Assembly: GCA_963708525.1 (NCBI GenBank)
Contig: CAVPTH010000009.1
Coordinates: 273,351-337,350 of the forward strand
Source: an uncultured Verrucomicrobiae bacterium
GTDB taxonomy: Bacteria; Verrucomicrobiota; Verrucomicrobiia; Limisphaerales; UBA11358
Length of the DNA: 64,000 nucleotides
Reading direction: 5' to 3'
Shown piece by piece: positions 44,570-54,323 of this stretch. Every line of letters starts with the position of its first letter. Position 1 is the first letter of the stretch. Below the pieces are notes generated by a model. That model was not told the DNA's origin. It was given only the letters and a program-made list of their open reading frames with translations, and did not search any database. Position numbers and translations under genes: made by a program.

Positions 44570-44801
44570 AAATTTTGCCTTTCAACCGGCGATGCGACTT
44601 GGTGGTCGGCAATGTGCGCTTTGCCACCAATCACTGGCAAGCTACAAATGCGCGCATGAAAGCCGATGGCAGTTCCTTCGCCGACAAGACAACGTCGGGG
44701 ATAACCAATGGTGAATAGAAAAAATTGGCGGAATGGTCAAAAATTGATGCGGCATTTTCCATTTCATTCGCCGGGTGGCGGGAGTAAAATGCAGTCGTCG
44801 T

Positions 44802-45731
44802 ATGACGAAACCATTTTCGCAGCGTCCGCCGTCACCCCCGCGGCGATTGCCGCGTTCGTTCAAGGACTTGACCCCGTCCCGGCATTTTAATCCGCGAACG
44901 TTTTTTCAGGAAATGGTCTGGAAGGCCCTGTTGACGCCGCGCACCGGACACCACCGCCGCCCGGTTTTTCCCAAGTTGTCGCGCGGCCAGATGGCCGTTA
45001 CCTGGATCGGCCATGCGTCGTTTCTGATTCAGTTCACGGACCTGAACGTGCTGATTGATCCGAACTTCGCCAACTGGCTGTTTCTGCTCAAACGCATCAA
45101 GCGTTCCGGGCTGAAAATCCGCGACCTGCCACCCATTGACCTGGTATTGTTGACGCACGCGCATTTTGATCATTTCCACAAGCCGACGTTGCGCCGCCTG
45201 CCGCACCCCAAAATCGGCCTCATGCCGTGGGGCGTCGGCGACCTGGCCTTTGACCTGGGCTTTTCGCGGGTTATCGAACTGGCCTGGTGGGAAAGTTTTT
45301 CGCACCGGGACTGGAAGGTCTCTTTCACCCCGAGCCGGCATTGGGGCGCGCGCACCCTGGCGGATCATCACCGCGGTTACGGCGGGTTTGTGCTGGAATA
45401 TCAGGGCCGGAAAATTTATCACGCGGGCGACAGCGCCTACTTCGACGGCTTCAAAGAAATCGGCGAAAAGTTTTCACCGGAAATCGCGTTGCTGCCCATT
45501 GGCGCCTACCATCCGGAATCCTTCCGTCGCGTGCACATGGGTCCGGACGAGGCGGTGAAGGCGTTTAAAGATTTGCGATCGCGCTGGCTGGTGCCGATGC
45601 ACTACGGCACGTTTAAATTGTCGTTTGAAGACCTGGACGAGCCGCCGCGCTGGCTCCGTCAAATTGCGGTGCAGGAAAATCTGACTTCAAAGCTTCAAAT
45701 ACTTGACGAGGGCGTGCCAACGGTGTTTTGA
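44802..45731 (+). CDS. MBL-fold metallo-hydrolase (Lactamase_B_2 / NAPE-PLD-like)
   Basis: VTWIGHASFLIQF ... LLTHAHFDHF ... YHAGDSAY. ATG at 44802 preferred over the GTG at 44775. Confidence 0.8.
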   Translation: MTKPFSQRPPSPPRRLPRSFKDLTPSRHFNPRTFFQEMVWKALLTPRTGHHRRPVFPKLSRGQMAVTWIGHASFLIQFTDLNVLIDPNFANWLFLLKRIKRSGLKIRDLPPIDLVLLTHAHFDHFHKPTLRRLPHPKIGLMPWGVGDLAFDLGFSRVIELAWWESFSHRDWKVSFTPSRHWGARTLADHHRGYGGFVLEYQGRKIYHAGDSAYFDGFKEIGEKFSPEIALLPIGAYHPESFRRVHMGPDEAVKAFKDLRSRWLVPMHYGTFKLSFEDLDEPPRWLRQIAVQENLTSKLQILDEGVPTVF

Positions 45732-45752
45732 TTCGCCATTGCGCCGCCAAGC

Positions 45753-47296
45753 ATGACCAATCCTACCGGCCATCTTAATGCGCCATCTCTTGAGGCGTTG
45801 CGACGTTACGTTCCCCTGGCGGTCTGGATCGTGGTCATTCTGACCATCCTCGCCATCCCCTTGAAAATTATCAGTTATGGTTTTCTGCCCGTGGATGACG
45901 CTTTGCGGCACGCGGCCAAGGCCGTCAGCGGCAAGCCGTGGCCGGACATCCTGGTGCTGGGTCCATCCTTCCAGATTGATCATAACCTCGGCTGGCACCT
46001 GTTCCTGCGACAGACCTTTCTCTGGAGCCACTGCAGTACCGAATCGCTGGTTGTATTTTCTGTCGTATTCTTATTTGTCGTGGTGGGCTGGTCGGCGTTG
46101 CCGTGGCTAAAGCGACCCGAAGCGTGGCTGATTACCCTGACGGCCGTGGCGCTTGCATCCAGTCTGTTCATGCGATTCTCGCTCGGACGACCATACCTGC
46201 TGACGGTCGCCGGATTGGTGACCATTTTTTTCTTCTGGCGGACTCATAGCGAGTCTCCACCAAAACGGTGGACGGTGTTGTGGATGACGGGCCTTATCGC
46301 CCTCTGCATCTTCGTACATGGTGTCTGGTATCTCTGGGTCCTGCCCATCGTCGCTTTCTTCCTGGCCGGGCAATTTCGCTGGGGAGCAACCCTGGCTGTA
46401 GCCTGGATGATGGGTTCGTTTTTGGGTGCTTCGCTCACGGGGCATCCGTTTGAAGCCCTGTATCAGGCAGTGGAGTTGGCCCGGCGGGCGTTTGCTCTGC
46501 ACATTACCGAGCGGACGATGGTAAGCGAATTTCAGCCGTCCAATGGCAATGTTTTTGCATTGATCATCATGGGCGGTCTTCTGATTTTACGCCAACTCGC
46601 GAAGCTGAAGGCGCGACCGCTGAGGCGGATCCGGCTTTCTGGTTGGCGGCTTTGAGCTGGGTGCTGGGCTTCAAGGCCGTCCGGTTCATGGACGACTGGG
46701 GTTGGCCGGCATTAATGGTATTGATCGCCGGGGATATGCAACTGTTGCTGCTGACACGTTTCGCCGCCGATTCCTTCAAACGGCTGGCTTTGACTGGCGG
46801 ACTGGCCTTGACCGTGTTCATGGTGTTTACCAACGACATTGACAGCCGTTGGACGCAAAATTTGACCTGGACTTATTTGACCCCGGACAACAAGAACCTC
46901 ACTGGCTGGCTTCCGGAGAAAGGCGGCATTTTTTACACCATCGACATGACGCTTTTTTACCAGACTTTTTTCAAGAACCCGAACGCCGACTGGCGGTATA
47001 TTCTGGGCTATGAACCCGCGCTGATGAGTGACGAAGATTTTGCCGTGTATCACAAAATCCTCTGGAATTCGGGCGACCCCGAGGCCTACCTGCCGTGGGT
47101 GAACAAGATGCGGCCGGCCGATCGGCTCGTGATCCGAGGCGGCAGTCCGCCGGACATTCCGCGACTCGAATGGTATTATGTTCCCCACCGTATCTGGATC
47201 GGGCGCTTGCCGGACACCAACGCTCCGCCGCCCGCCCCTACGATCCCGGCGAAAGCGGTGGTCAGTCCGACCAACGCAGATACGTCAACGCGGTAA
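45753..47296 (+). CDS. polytopic membrane protein with C-terminal soluble domain; either split by a -1 frame break near 46600-46645 or two overlapping ORFs (45753..46655 and 46643..47296)
   Basis: The first ORF ends just after a TM helix (FALIIMGGLLILRQLAKLK). The second frame is open upstream of its TTG and continues with ADPAFWLAALSWVLGFKAVRF... One missing G in the run at about 46609-46610 would fuse them. Confidence 0.45.
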
Positions 47297-47569
47297 CAAG
47301 CGGTCGAACTCCTGCGCCAGGGTGAAATCCTTTTCCGTCAGACCGCCGGCGTCATGGGTGGTAAGCGTGAGCGTGACCTTGTTCCATCGGATGTCAATGT
47401 CCGGATGATGCCATGCCCGCTCGGCGAGTTCGGCGACGGCGTTCACGAAACGAACCGCGGCGGGAAAATCCTTGAACTGGAATGTCCGCGAAATGGTCTC
47501 GCCCTTTTTCGCCCATTCCGGCACAACCGCCAGCGCGGATTTGATTTCAGAAGCGTTCAGTTTTGACAT
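47285..47569 (-). CDS. phhB: pterin-4-alpha-carbinolamine dehydratase
   Basis: 94 aa. FKDFPAAVRFVNAVAELAERAWHHPDIDIRWNKVTLTLTTHDAGGLTEKD is the PCD/DCoH signature. Confidence 0.9.
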   Translation of the reverse strand: MSKLNASEIKSALAVVPEWAKKGETISRTFQFKDFPAAVRFVNAVAELAERAWHHPDIDIRWNKVTLTLTTHDAGGLTEKDFTLAQEFDRLLPR

Positions 47570-47606
47570 GGCTCACCATCGTCCGGACCTTGCGATTTGG
47601 CAAATT

Positions 47607-48074
47607 TCAGAACCACTCTTTCCGTCCCTCCACGTAAACGCGCACAAATTCCTCGTCGGACTTGCACAGATAAATGATACCTTCGATGAGGCCGATGATC
47701 CACATCACCCAAGCGGCGATGCCGCAGGTGATCAAGCCGCCAACGAGAGTCACCAGCAGCATGACCACGCCCGCCCCGGTGTATCCCAGAATGAATTTAT
47801 GAATGCCAAGACTGCCCAGCAATATTCCGCAAATGCCCGCCGGGATTTTATTGGAGGCGCGGGCGGCATAGATGGACGGCGGCGCCACGGGAGGCGGAAG
47901 CGTTTTCAATCCGGCAACCAGTTCAGGAATTTCTATCAACGGTTTCCATTCGGTGGCGCCTTCAATTTGGGCAAGTGTTTGCGCGTTTACCCGGTTTTCG
48001 GCCGCCCAGCGCCGGATTTGCTCCGCATCGACGGGACCGTAAGGCCGGCCATCGGTTCCGATAATTCTATACAT
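47607..48074 (-). CDS. GYF_2 (DUF4339) domain fused to a TM2 domain, membrane protein
   Basis: 155 aa. N-terminal GRPYGPVDAEQIRRWAAENRVNAQTLAQIEGATEWKPL; C-terminal GILLGSLGIHKFILGYTGAGVVMLL (TM2 motif). Confidence 0.7.
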   Translation of the reverse strand: MYRIIGTDGRPYGPVDAEQIRRWAAENRVNAQTLAQIEGATEWKPLIEIPELVAGLKTLPPPVAPPSIYAARASNKIPAGICGILLGSLGIHKFILGYTGAGVVMLLVTLVGGLITCGIAAWVMWIIGLIEGIIYLCKSDEEFVRVYVEGRKEWF

Positions 48075-48098
48075 AACAGGCCTTTCTGTTTTTGGTTG

Positions 48099-48512
48099 TT
48101 ATTCCGTCAGTTTCGGCGGTTCTGCCGGCGGGTTCGCGGTCGGCGGTGGAATTATTTGCGATACGGGTGGTTCCTCTGATTTTGACCGAGTCACCAGGCT
48201 GATGCTGGTGACCAGGGCCCAACACCAGGCCATGAGGAACAACACCGCGCCCATTTCACCAACGCCGGCAACGGACTGGGGACTGACATCCCCAATGATC
48301 TGGTTATAGGCCTGAACCATCGTTTCGAAAAACCACTTGATCACAAAGGCAAAGCCGGCCAATGCCAAAAGCAATTGCCCGGTTCCTGCCATCCACCGTC
48401 TTGCCATGAGCGAACCCAGGCCCGGCGTGGCGAATTGATTGATCAATGCCGCGTTGCGGGCGGCGGTGCGGCTAACCGTTTTGCGGTTCGGCCGGGGAAC
48501 AGACGGTTTCAT
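48099..48512 (-). CDS. small membrane protein, unknown function
   Basis: 137 aa with two hydrophobic helices. 41-nt overlap with the upstream gene, so the start may be internal (MARRWMAG). Confidence 0.4.
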   Translation of the reverse strand: MKPSVPRPNRKTVSRTAARNAALINQFATPGLGSLMARRWMAGTGQLLLALAGFAFVIKWFFETMVQAYNQIIGDVSPQSVAGVGEMGAVLFLMAWCWALVTSISLVTRSKSEEPPVSQIIPPPTANPPAEPPKLTE

Positions 48513-49467
48513 AAGCGTACATCAGCGCCCCCAAGCCAATGGGTACCATAAACAATATGCCCACACAACACAACAGCAGTCCGCCGATATTGATCAGGCT
48601 CACGAGCACCAGCAACCCGAACGCATGCCACCAATGTTTGTTGACCCGTTTCCAACTGACTTTCATGGCCGACCAGAAACCCAGCTGTTTGTCGATGATC
48701 AGCGGCAAAGTGAACAGCCAGCTGGTGTGCAGATAAGTCACCGGGATCAGGCAGACAAATAACACCGGGAGACACACGACCATCGCCGCTTTGATGGCCG
48801 GCATCAGATTTTGCATTTCGGCGCTGTCCGGCGTGGAGGAATGCAGGTGGGCAAAGACCGGGATGAGTTTGACGGCCAGAACCACCACAAAAGGAATCAG
48901 ACAGAGCCCGGCCAGCAAAGCCGGCACCAGATAACCCAGGAAAAGCTGTCCAAAGGCCAGCCGGAACCCGGCAAATATGTCGCCTACTGTGGTCGGCTGG
49001 CCGCGGATGGCTTGAAGGAACATGTAAAAGACCCCGCCCATCAATGGCCCGACCAGGATCAGATTGGCAATCGAAAACAAGGGTCCGATGAGGGGAATCT
49101 GTCCGCCCATGCCCATGGCGCCTTCAATTAACATATACAGCAGGCAACCCCCGAACAGGATCCCGAAGTTCTTCTGATACAACGCCCAACTGCGGCCGAT
49201 GCAACCGCCAAGGTCCAATTGATAGTCAAGGTCCAGCCAGTTGGCCGGACTTTGGATCGGCGACGGCGTACTCGTGGCCGCGGGGCGAGCCGCCAGCGCA
49301 TCGGCAAACTCGGGGAACTGGGACAATTTTTTCCATTCGATGTCCCCGTAGGCCTGCACGAGGGATTGCGCGTTCAGCCGGCCTTCGGCAATCCACTTGC
49401 ACAAGTCTTCGGTGGAGACCGGTCCGTATTGTTTCAGGTCGCCGCCTATGACTTTATAGTTTGCCAT
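48472..49467 (-). CDS. GYF_2 (DUF4339) domain fused to a polytopic membrane domain
   Basis: 331 aa. N-terminal LKQYGPVSTEDLCKWIAEGRLNAQSLVQAYGDIEWKKL, then 5-6 TM helices. Confidence 0.65.
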   Translation of the reverse strand: MANYKVIGGDLKQYGPVSTEDLCKWIAEGRLNAQSLVQAYGDIEWKKLSQFPEFADALAARPAATSTPSPIQSPANWLDLDYQLDLGGCIGRSWALYQKNFGILFGGCLLYMLIEGAMGMGGQIPLIGPLFSIANLILVGPLMGGVFYMFLQAIRGQPTTVGDIFAGFRLAFGQLFLGYLVPALLAGLCLIPFVVVLAVKLIPVFAHLHSSTPDSAEMQNLMPAIKAAMVVCLPVLFVCLIPVTYLHTSWLFTLPLIIDKQLGFWSAMKVSWKRVNKHWWHAFGLLVLVSLINIGGLLLCCVGILFMVPIGLGALMYAYETVCSPAEPQNG

Positions 49468-49532
49468 AATCGCATTGATTTTCGCGGGTTCTAGTCGGTT
49501 GGCGGCGTTTACGCAAGCACTGGTTTGTAAAA

Positions 49533-50639
49533 TTATGTGTTCCGCACGAATAATTTCCCGGGCAATTGCTTAACAGCCCGTTTCATTTCCAGACTCAGTA
49601 AGGCCACCGAAACCGCCGAACTCGGCAGCCCGCTCCGCCGGATGACCTCGTCAATCGCCGATTCCTCAGGGTTCAGAGAATCATAGACGCGCCGTTCGTT
49701 TTCGGATAATTCCAGCGCCGGCAGCACGCCGGTCTCGCCCGGTGACGGCGGACGGTTGCTTCCCGGAAACAGATATTCGAATTCACTCAAAATATCCTCG
49801 GCGCTTTCGCACAGCTTGGCCCCCTTTTTGATCAGGTCGTGACTACCCTTGCTGCGCGGCGAATCAATCCGCCCCGGCACGGCGAACACCTGTCGGCCGT
49901 ATTCAGTGGCGAAATTCGACGTGATGAGCGCGCCACTATTCAGGTCCGCTTCCACGACCACGGTGCCGAGCGTCATGCCGGCGATGATCCGGTTGCGGAT
50001 GGCGAAACTTTGTTTGTCGCCGTTGCGATTGAAGGGGAATTGGGTGAGGACGGCGCCGCCGGCAGCCGCCCGTTCGAACAATTCCCTGTTTTCCGGCGGG
50101 AATACGACGTTGATACCGGTACCCAACACCACGACGGTGCGACCTTTGGCTGCCAGCGCACCCTGATGCGCCGCCGTGTCAATGCCTCGTGCACCACCAC
50201 TGACCACCGTCACCCCGACATAGGCCAGTTGGTAGGCCAGCTTGCGTGACGTCTCGATGCCGTAATGCGTCGTCATCCGCGAACCGACCATCGCCACCGC
50301 ATTTTTGTCCCTGGCAATTAATTTGCCTTTGACGTAAAGCACGAGCGGCGGATCGTAAATCTCACGGAGCAGGGCGGGATATTCGTCATCGCTTTGAATT
50401 AAAACCCGGCAGCCGGAATCCGCAACGCGTTTCAGCTCACCGGCGAGGTCAACGGTTTTCTCCCACTGACAAATCGCCTCAGCGGTTTCGTCGCCAATAT
50501 TGCGGACGCGGAGCAGGGCGGAACGGGAAGCGGCCAGGATTTTGGGTGCCTCGCCGAAATGTTCGAGCAACGAGCGAGCCCGCACCGGGCCAACATGTTC
50601 AATGAGGTTCAACGCGATTAGGGCTTCGCGGGAATCCAT
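49533..50639 (-). CDS. dprA: DNA-processing protein DprA (Smf)
   Basis: IAMVGSRMTTHYG ... VVSGGARGIDTAAHQGAL ... GTGINVVFPPEN ... FAVPG, with a C-terminal winged-helix tail. ATG at 50639 preferred over the TTG at 50699. Confidence 0.85.
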   Translation of the reverse strand: MDSREALIALNLIEHVGPVRARSLLEHFGEAPKILAASRSALLRVRNIGDETAEAICQWEKTVDLAGELKRVADSGCRVLIQSDDEYPALLREIYDPPLVLYVKGKLIARDKNAVAMVGSRMTTHYGIETSRKLAYQLAYVGVTVVSGGARGIDTAAHQGALAAKGRTVVVLGTGINVVFPPENRELFERAAAGGAVLTQFPFNRNGDKQSFAIRNRIIAGMTLGTVVVEADLNSGALITSNFATEYGRQVFAVPGRIDSPRSKGSHDLIKKGAKLCESAEDILSEFEYLFPGSNRPPSPGETGVLPALELSENERRVYDSLNPEESAIDEVIRRSGLPSSAVSVALLSLEMKRAVKQLPGKLFVRNT

Positions 50640-50721
50640 GCGGTCTGAATAATGGGTTATGATGCCGGCCGCAAGCAAAAGGTGTGGGCAGCGTTGCAAT
50701 TTTTAAATTCTTTGCTACTTA

Positions 50722-51558
50722 ATGCACGTGCCTGATCCCAGTCTGTTGCTCCTGATCCCGGCTTATAACGAGGAGCGCCGCATCGAACCGGTGTTGCGCG
50801 ACTATGCCCGTTTCTTCCAGGAGCAATACCAGGGCCGATTCCAGCTCGTCGTCATCCTTAACGGCTGTACCGACAACACGCTCGGCATCGTGCAACATGT
50901 CACGAAGGAATACTCCAGCGTCAGCTATTTGAATTTTCCCGGACCCATCGGCAAGGGAGGCGCACTCATTGAAGGTCTCAAGCTCGCGCCGTTCGCCGAT
51001 GTGATCGGTTACGTGGATGCCGACGGTGCCACGCCGCCGCACGCTTTTCTGGAACTGGTCCGGCAGCTCGACGACGCGGACTGTGTCATCGGCTCGCGCT
51101 GGCTGCCTGGCGCGGTCATTCACCAGTCGCAGGCCGGCCACCGGCGGTTGGCGAGTCGCACCTTTCATCTGATCGTCCAACTGATGTTCTGGCTGGACAT
51201 CAGGGACACGCAATGCGGGGCGAAGGTGATGAAGCGGGCAGCCGTCGAAAAAATCCACCCCTACCTGCGGATTGCCGACATGGCGTTCGACATCAACCTG
51301 CTGGTCGCCTTGCACCGCGCAGGTTTCCGCATCCTGGAGATACCGACCGAGTGGACGGACCAAGCGGGTACCAAGGTGGCGCTGGGCCGCACGTCACTGA
51401 CGATGTTTCTCTCAACCCTGCGTGTCTGGCTGATTTATAAACCTTTTTATAAATGGCTGCGACCGCTGCGTGCTTTGGAAGGCTGGATTTACGGAAAACT
51501 TCGCCAGCCGCCGCCACTGCCCGGACCGGATTCAAAGGGAAACGAGGATGGAAAATAG
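50722..51558 (+). CDS. family 2 glycosyltransferase (dolichyl/polyprenyl-phosphate hexosyltransferase-like)
   Basis: 278 aa. LLIPAYNEERRI ... VVILNGCTDNT ... YVDADG ... DTQCGAK. Confidence 0.85.
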   Translation: MHVPDPSLLLLIPAYNEERRIEPVLRDYARFFQEQYQGRFQLVVILNGCTDNTLGIVQHVTKEYSSVSYLNFPGPIGKGGALIEGLKLAPFADVIGYVDADGATPPHAFLELVRQLDDADCVIGSRWLPGAVIHQSQAGHRRLASRTFHLIVQLMFWLDIRDTQCGAKVMKRAAVEKIHPYLRIADMAFDINLLVALHRAGFRILEIPTEWTDQAGTKVALGRTSLTMFLSTLRVWLIYKPFYKWLRPLRALEGWIYGKLRQPPPLPGPDSKGNEDGK

Positions 51559-51593
51559 TGAATGCAGGATGGCGTGGGTCGTTTCGCCCCTTG

Positions 51594-52889
51594 CTATTCC
51601 CGGTTCGTCATCACCGCTTTTCCTTTTGCGCCCCACGTGAACCATGCACATGCGCCCAGCAACAGCAGATTAAAAACGCCGAGCGTCTTCAACACCATGA
51701 TCAGCGTGTCGTGATACCGGGTCAGCGCGAAGCCGTAGGCCGCGGCCAGTACCAGCAGCACCGGCACAATGCGGAATTGCGATCGCGCGAGCAGGTTGTT
51801 CACCAGCGCATACGCCAAGGACAACGGCACCATTGCCCACGCATACCACGGCAACACCGCTGCCGCCACCTGCACATAGGAATCCTTATACACCAGCCGG
51901 ATGATCAGCGGTCCCAAAACCGTCAAAACCAGCGCGCCGCCCGCCGAAAGAATACCGGTGCCGAGCAGCACCACGCCCAGCAGGTTGCTCTTCTCCGAGC
52001 GCGCCACGCTGTGGACGATTTTGGGAAACATCACCGTCGCCAGCGGTATGACCAGCCACATGAGCGCGCGCGACATCGTTCCGGCACTGAGATAGTATCC
52101 GGTTTCGTCGCTGGAGAAGTAAGCCCGGACAAATAACATATCCGCCGTAAATAGAAATTGTACCGCGCCGAATCCCAGCATGAGCGGGATGATTTGCGCC
52201 AACAGGTCACGCCAGGCAAATGGCTGCGGGTGCGGCAGCCAGAGTGAGCGCGTCTGCCAGACTCCGATGCCGGTGGCCACGGCCAGTCCACTGCAGACCC
52301 CCACCATCATTCCTCCTGCGCCTGCGCCCACCAGGAGCACCAGCCCGGCCGCCAGGCTCAAACGCCCCACGCCGTTGAAAATATTCGACCAGCCGAGCGA
52401 AAAAAAATCCTGTTGTCCCTGCAACACGCCCCAAAACATCGGCATCCAGAGGGAAAGCAGCACGGCCAGGACGGTGGCCCATAACCCGGCGGCGCTGGCC
52501 AATTTCCAGCCCGCCAGGATATCCGCCTGCCAGATGAACACCCCGACGGCCAGCAACAGGCAAAGGGCGAAAGTTCCCCACCACGCGAGCCGGATCATGC
52601 CCGCCAGTTCGCGTTCGCGGTTCTTCGCCAGCGCCTGGGCGGTTTGTTGCGCAAAGACCATTTGCAACGGCAGGTTCGGCACGCACATCACCACCGACAG
52701 CATGACTCCAAACGCTCCATATTCCGCCGCGGAAATATTTTTGCTTTTGGCCAGAAGATGCACCGCATACATCATGACGCCACTCGAAATGTTGGCCATC
52801 ATCAGCCAGCCGCTCTGCCGGAAAAAGGCGGCGTGATGCGACGTGGCCGTCGCGGGAGAAGGGACTGTTTCAGTAGATGCTTCGGACAT
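51594..52889 (-). CDS. Wzx/MurJ-superfamily oligosaccharide flippase
   Basis: 431 aa, about 12 TM helices. Convergent with the GT2 gene. Confidence 0.65.
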   Translation of the reverse strand: MSEASTETVPSPATATSHHAAFFRQSGWLMMANISSGVMMYAVHLLAKSKNISAAEYGAFGVMLSVVMCVPNLPLQMVFAQQTAQALAKNRERELAGMIRLAWWGTFALCLLLAVGVFIWQADILAGWKLASAAGLWATVLAVLLSLWMPMFWGVLQGQQDFFSLGWSNIFNGVGRLSLAAGLVLLVGAGAGGMMVGVCSGLAVATGIGVWQTRSLWLPHPQPFAWRDLLAQIIPLMLGFGAVQFLFTADMLFVRAYFSSDETGYYLSAGTMSRALMWLVIPLATVMFPKIVHSVARSEKSNLLGVVLLGTGILSAGGALVLTVLGPLIIRLVYKDSYVQVAAAVLPWYAWAMVPLSLAYALVNNLLARSQFRIVPVLLVLAAAYGFALTRYHDTLIMVLKTLGVFNLLLLGACAWFTWGAKGKAVMTNRE

Positions 52890-52924
52890 GGGCGGGAAGA
52901 TTGCCGGATGCGTTCAACCGAGAA

Positions 52925-52979
52925 AAGGTAAAAGCAAATGCAGGAGCCAAGGTAACAGGGCTCAAATTCCTGAAGGTAA
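52925..52979. promoter_or_regulatory. AAGGTAA repeated three times at exactly 24-nt spacing upstream of the flippase gene
   Basis: AAGGTAA at 52925, 52949 and 52973. The flippase start codon is at 52889 on the minus strand. Confidence 0.3.
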
Positions 52980-53016
52980 ATTTCATATAGAGCCTCCTCA
53001 CGTCGGCTCCTACATT

Positions 53017-54234
53017 TCAGGGTAACGATTTCAGGAAGTTCAAAAGAAGATTCTTGCCGCGCTCCAGCGATGCCAGCGAAATCCATTCGTCGGTCGTATG
53101 CGCCTGTGCAGCATCGCCGGGGCCGAACACCACGCTCGGAATTCCGCCCGCCGACAATATCGCCGCGTCGCAAAAGAAATGAACGCCGACAGGTTTTGAT
53201 TGACCCACGCATTTCATGAATTGGCGAACGAGCGGCAATCTGTGATTTGTTTCCAGCGGCAGCGCCGGCGCGAGTTTTTTGTCAGCGATGGTCGCCGAAA
53301 AATGTTTTGACCGGAGAAATTTCTGGATTTCACGCTTCACTCCGGCCTCGGTTTCGCCCGGCAATGTACGACGGTCAATCGTGATCGTGCAGTAGTCGGG
53401 CACGATGTTCGCCTGTTGGCCGCCGCAGATCATGCCCACGTTCACTGTCGGCAAGCCGAGCAACGGATGACGACGGCGGCGCTTCAAATCCGCCGCGTAA
53501 TCCGTCTGAAGCCAGTCAACGATGCGCGCCATTTCGTGAATCGCATTTTTGCCGAACTGCGGCGTCGCGCCGTGCGCCGCCACACCGCTCGCCTCCAGTT
53601 CCAGCCACAAACTGCCCTTGTGCGCTGTCACGACTTGCAAATTTGTGAACTCGCCGACGATAGCCAAAGTAGCGCAGCCGTCCCGGCTGCTGCGGCAGAC
53701 TGGAATTTGCAGGCGATACGCCTGCGCTACCAGCGCGCGTGAACCGGCCTGGGCGTGTTCTTCATCCACCAATCCCGCGAAAACAATTTCGGTCTCCCGC
53801 GGACGTGATTTTGATTCTGCCACTTCGCAAAGCGCGGTAAGCATGGCGGCGACCGAACCTTTTGTGTCGCATGCGCCACGACCATGCAGGCGACCGTTTT
53901 TCTGCCGCGGTACAAAGTGTGAATCCTCCGCATTGACCGTGTCGAGATGCGGTGCAAGCAGGATGGTCCGGCGGATCTTAGTTCGTGGTCGGAGACGCGC
54001 GATCAGATTGGAGCGCCCGGACAGCACCTTTTGAAACTCGACTTCGAGTCCGGCCCGGCGGGCGACTTTGGCGAGAAAATCCGCAACGTTCTTTTCACCA
54101 AACTTGGCCGGGACGACCTGCCGGTCGTCCGAGCCCGCGCGGCAGTGCGGCCCTGTCGAATCTTGCTGGGCGAAGGCGGGATTCACACTGGGGATGGCGA
54201 TGAGTTCGGCCAGGAGCTTTTCAGTACGCGTCAT
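53017..54234 (-). CDS. M20-family metallopeptidase (ArgE/DapE-like deacylase)
   Basis: 405 aa. LIAIPSVNP ... LLAPHLDTV ... HGRGACDTKG ... LVDEEH ... IVGEFT ... HTTDEWI. Confidence 0.85.
   Translation of the reverse strand: MTRTEKLLAELIAIPSVNPAFAQQDSTGPHCRAGSDDRQVVPAKFGEKNVADFLAKVARRAGLEVEFQKVLSGRSNLIARLRPRTKIRRTILLAPHLDTVNAEDSHFVPRQKNGRLHGRGACDTKGSVAAMLTALCEVAESKSRPRETEIVFAGLVDEEHAQAGSRALVAQAYRLQIPVCRSSRDGCATLAIVGEFTNLQVVTAHKGSLWLELEASGVAAHGATPQFGKNAIHEMARIVDWLQTDYAADLKRRRRHPLLGLPTVNVGMICGGQQANIVPDYCTITIDRRTLPGETEAGVKREIQKFLRSKHFSATIADKKLAPALPLETNHRLPLVRQFMKCVGQSKPVGVHFFCDAAILSAGGIPSVVFGPGDAAQAHTTDEWISLASLERGKNLLLNFLKSLP
53674..53725. repeat. two short hairpins inside the M20 peptidase gene
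   Basis: GCAGCCG-tcc-CGGCTGC (53674-53690) and GCAGGCG-ata-CGCCTGC (53709-53725). They encode part of YRLQIPVCRSSRDG on the minus strand. Confidence 0.45.
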
Positions 54235-54323
54235 GTGCGGAAAGCTTAATGCCCGGGTGCGGAAGTGTCGAGAATCGTGACTTTAGCTGGACAAAAATTA
54301 CGTGCGGAAGCACAGTCAAATTT

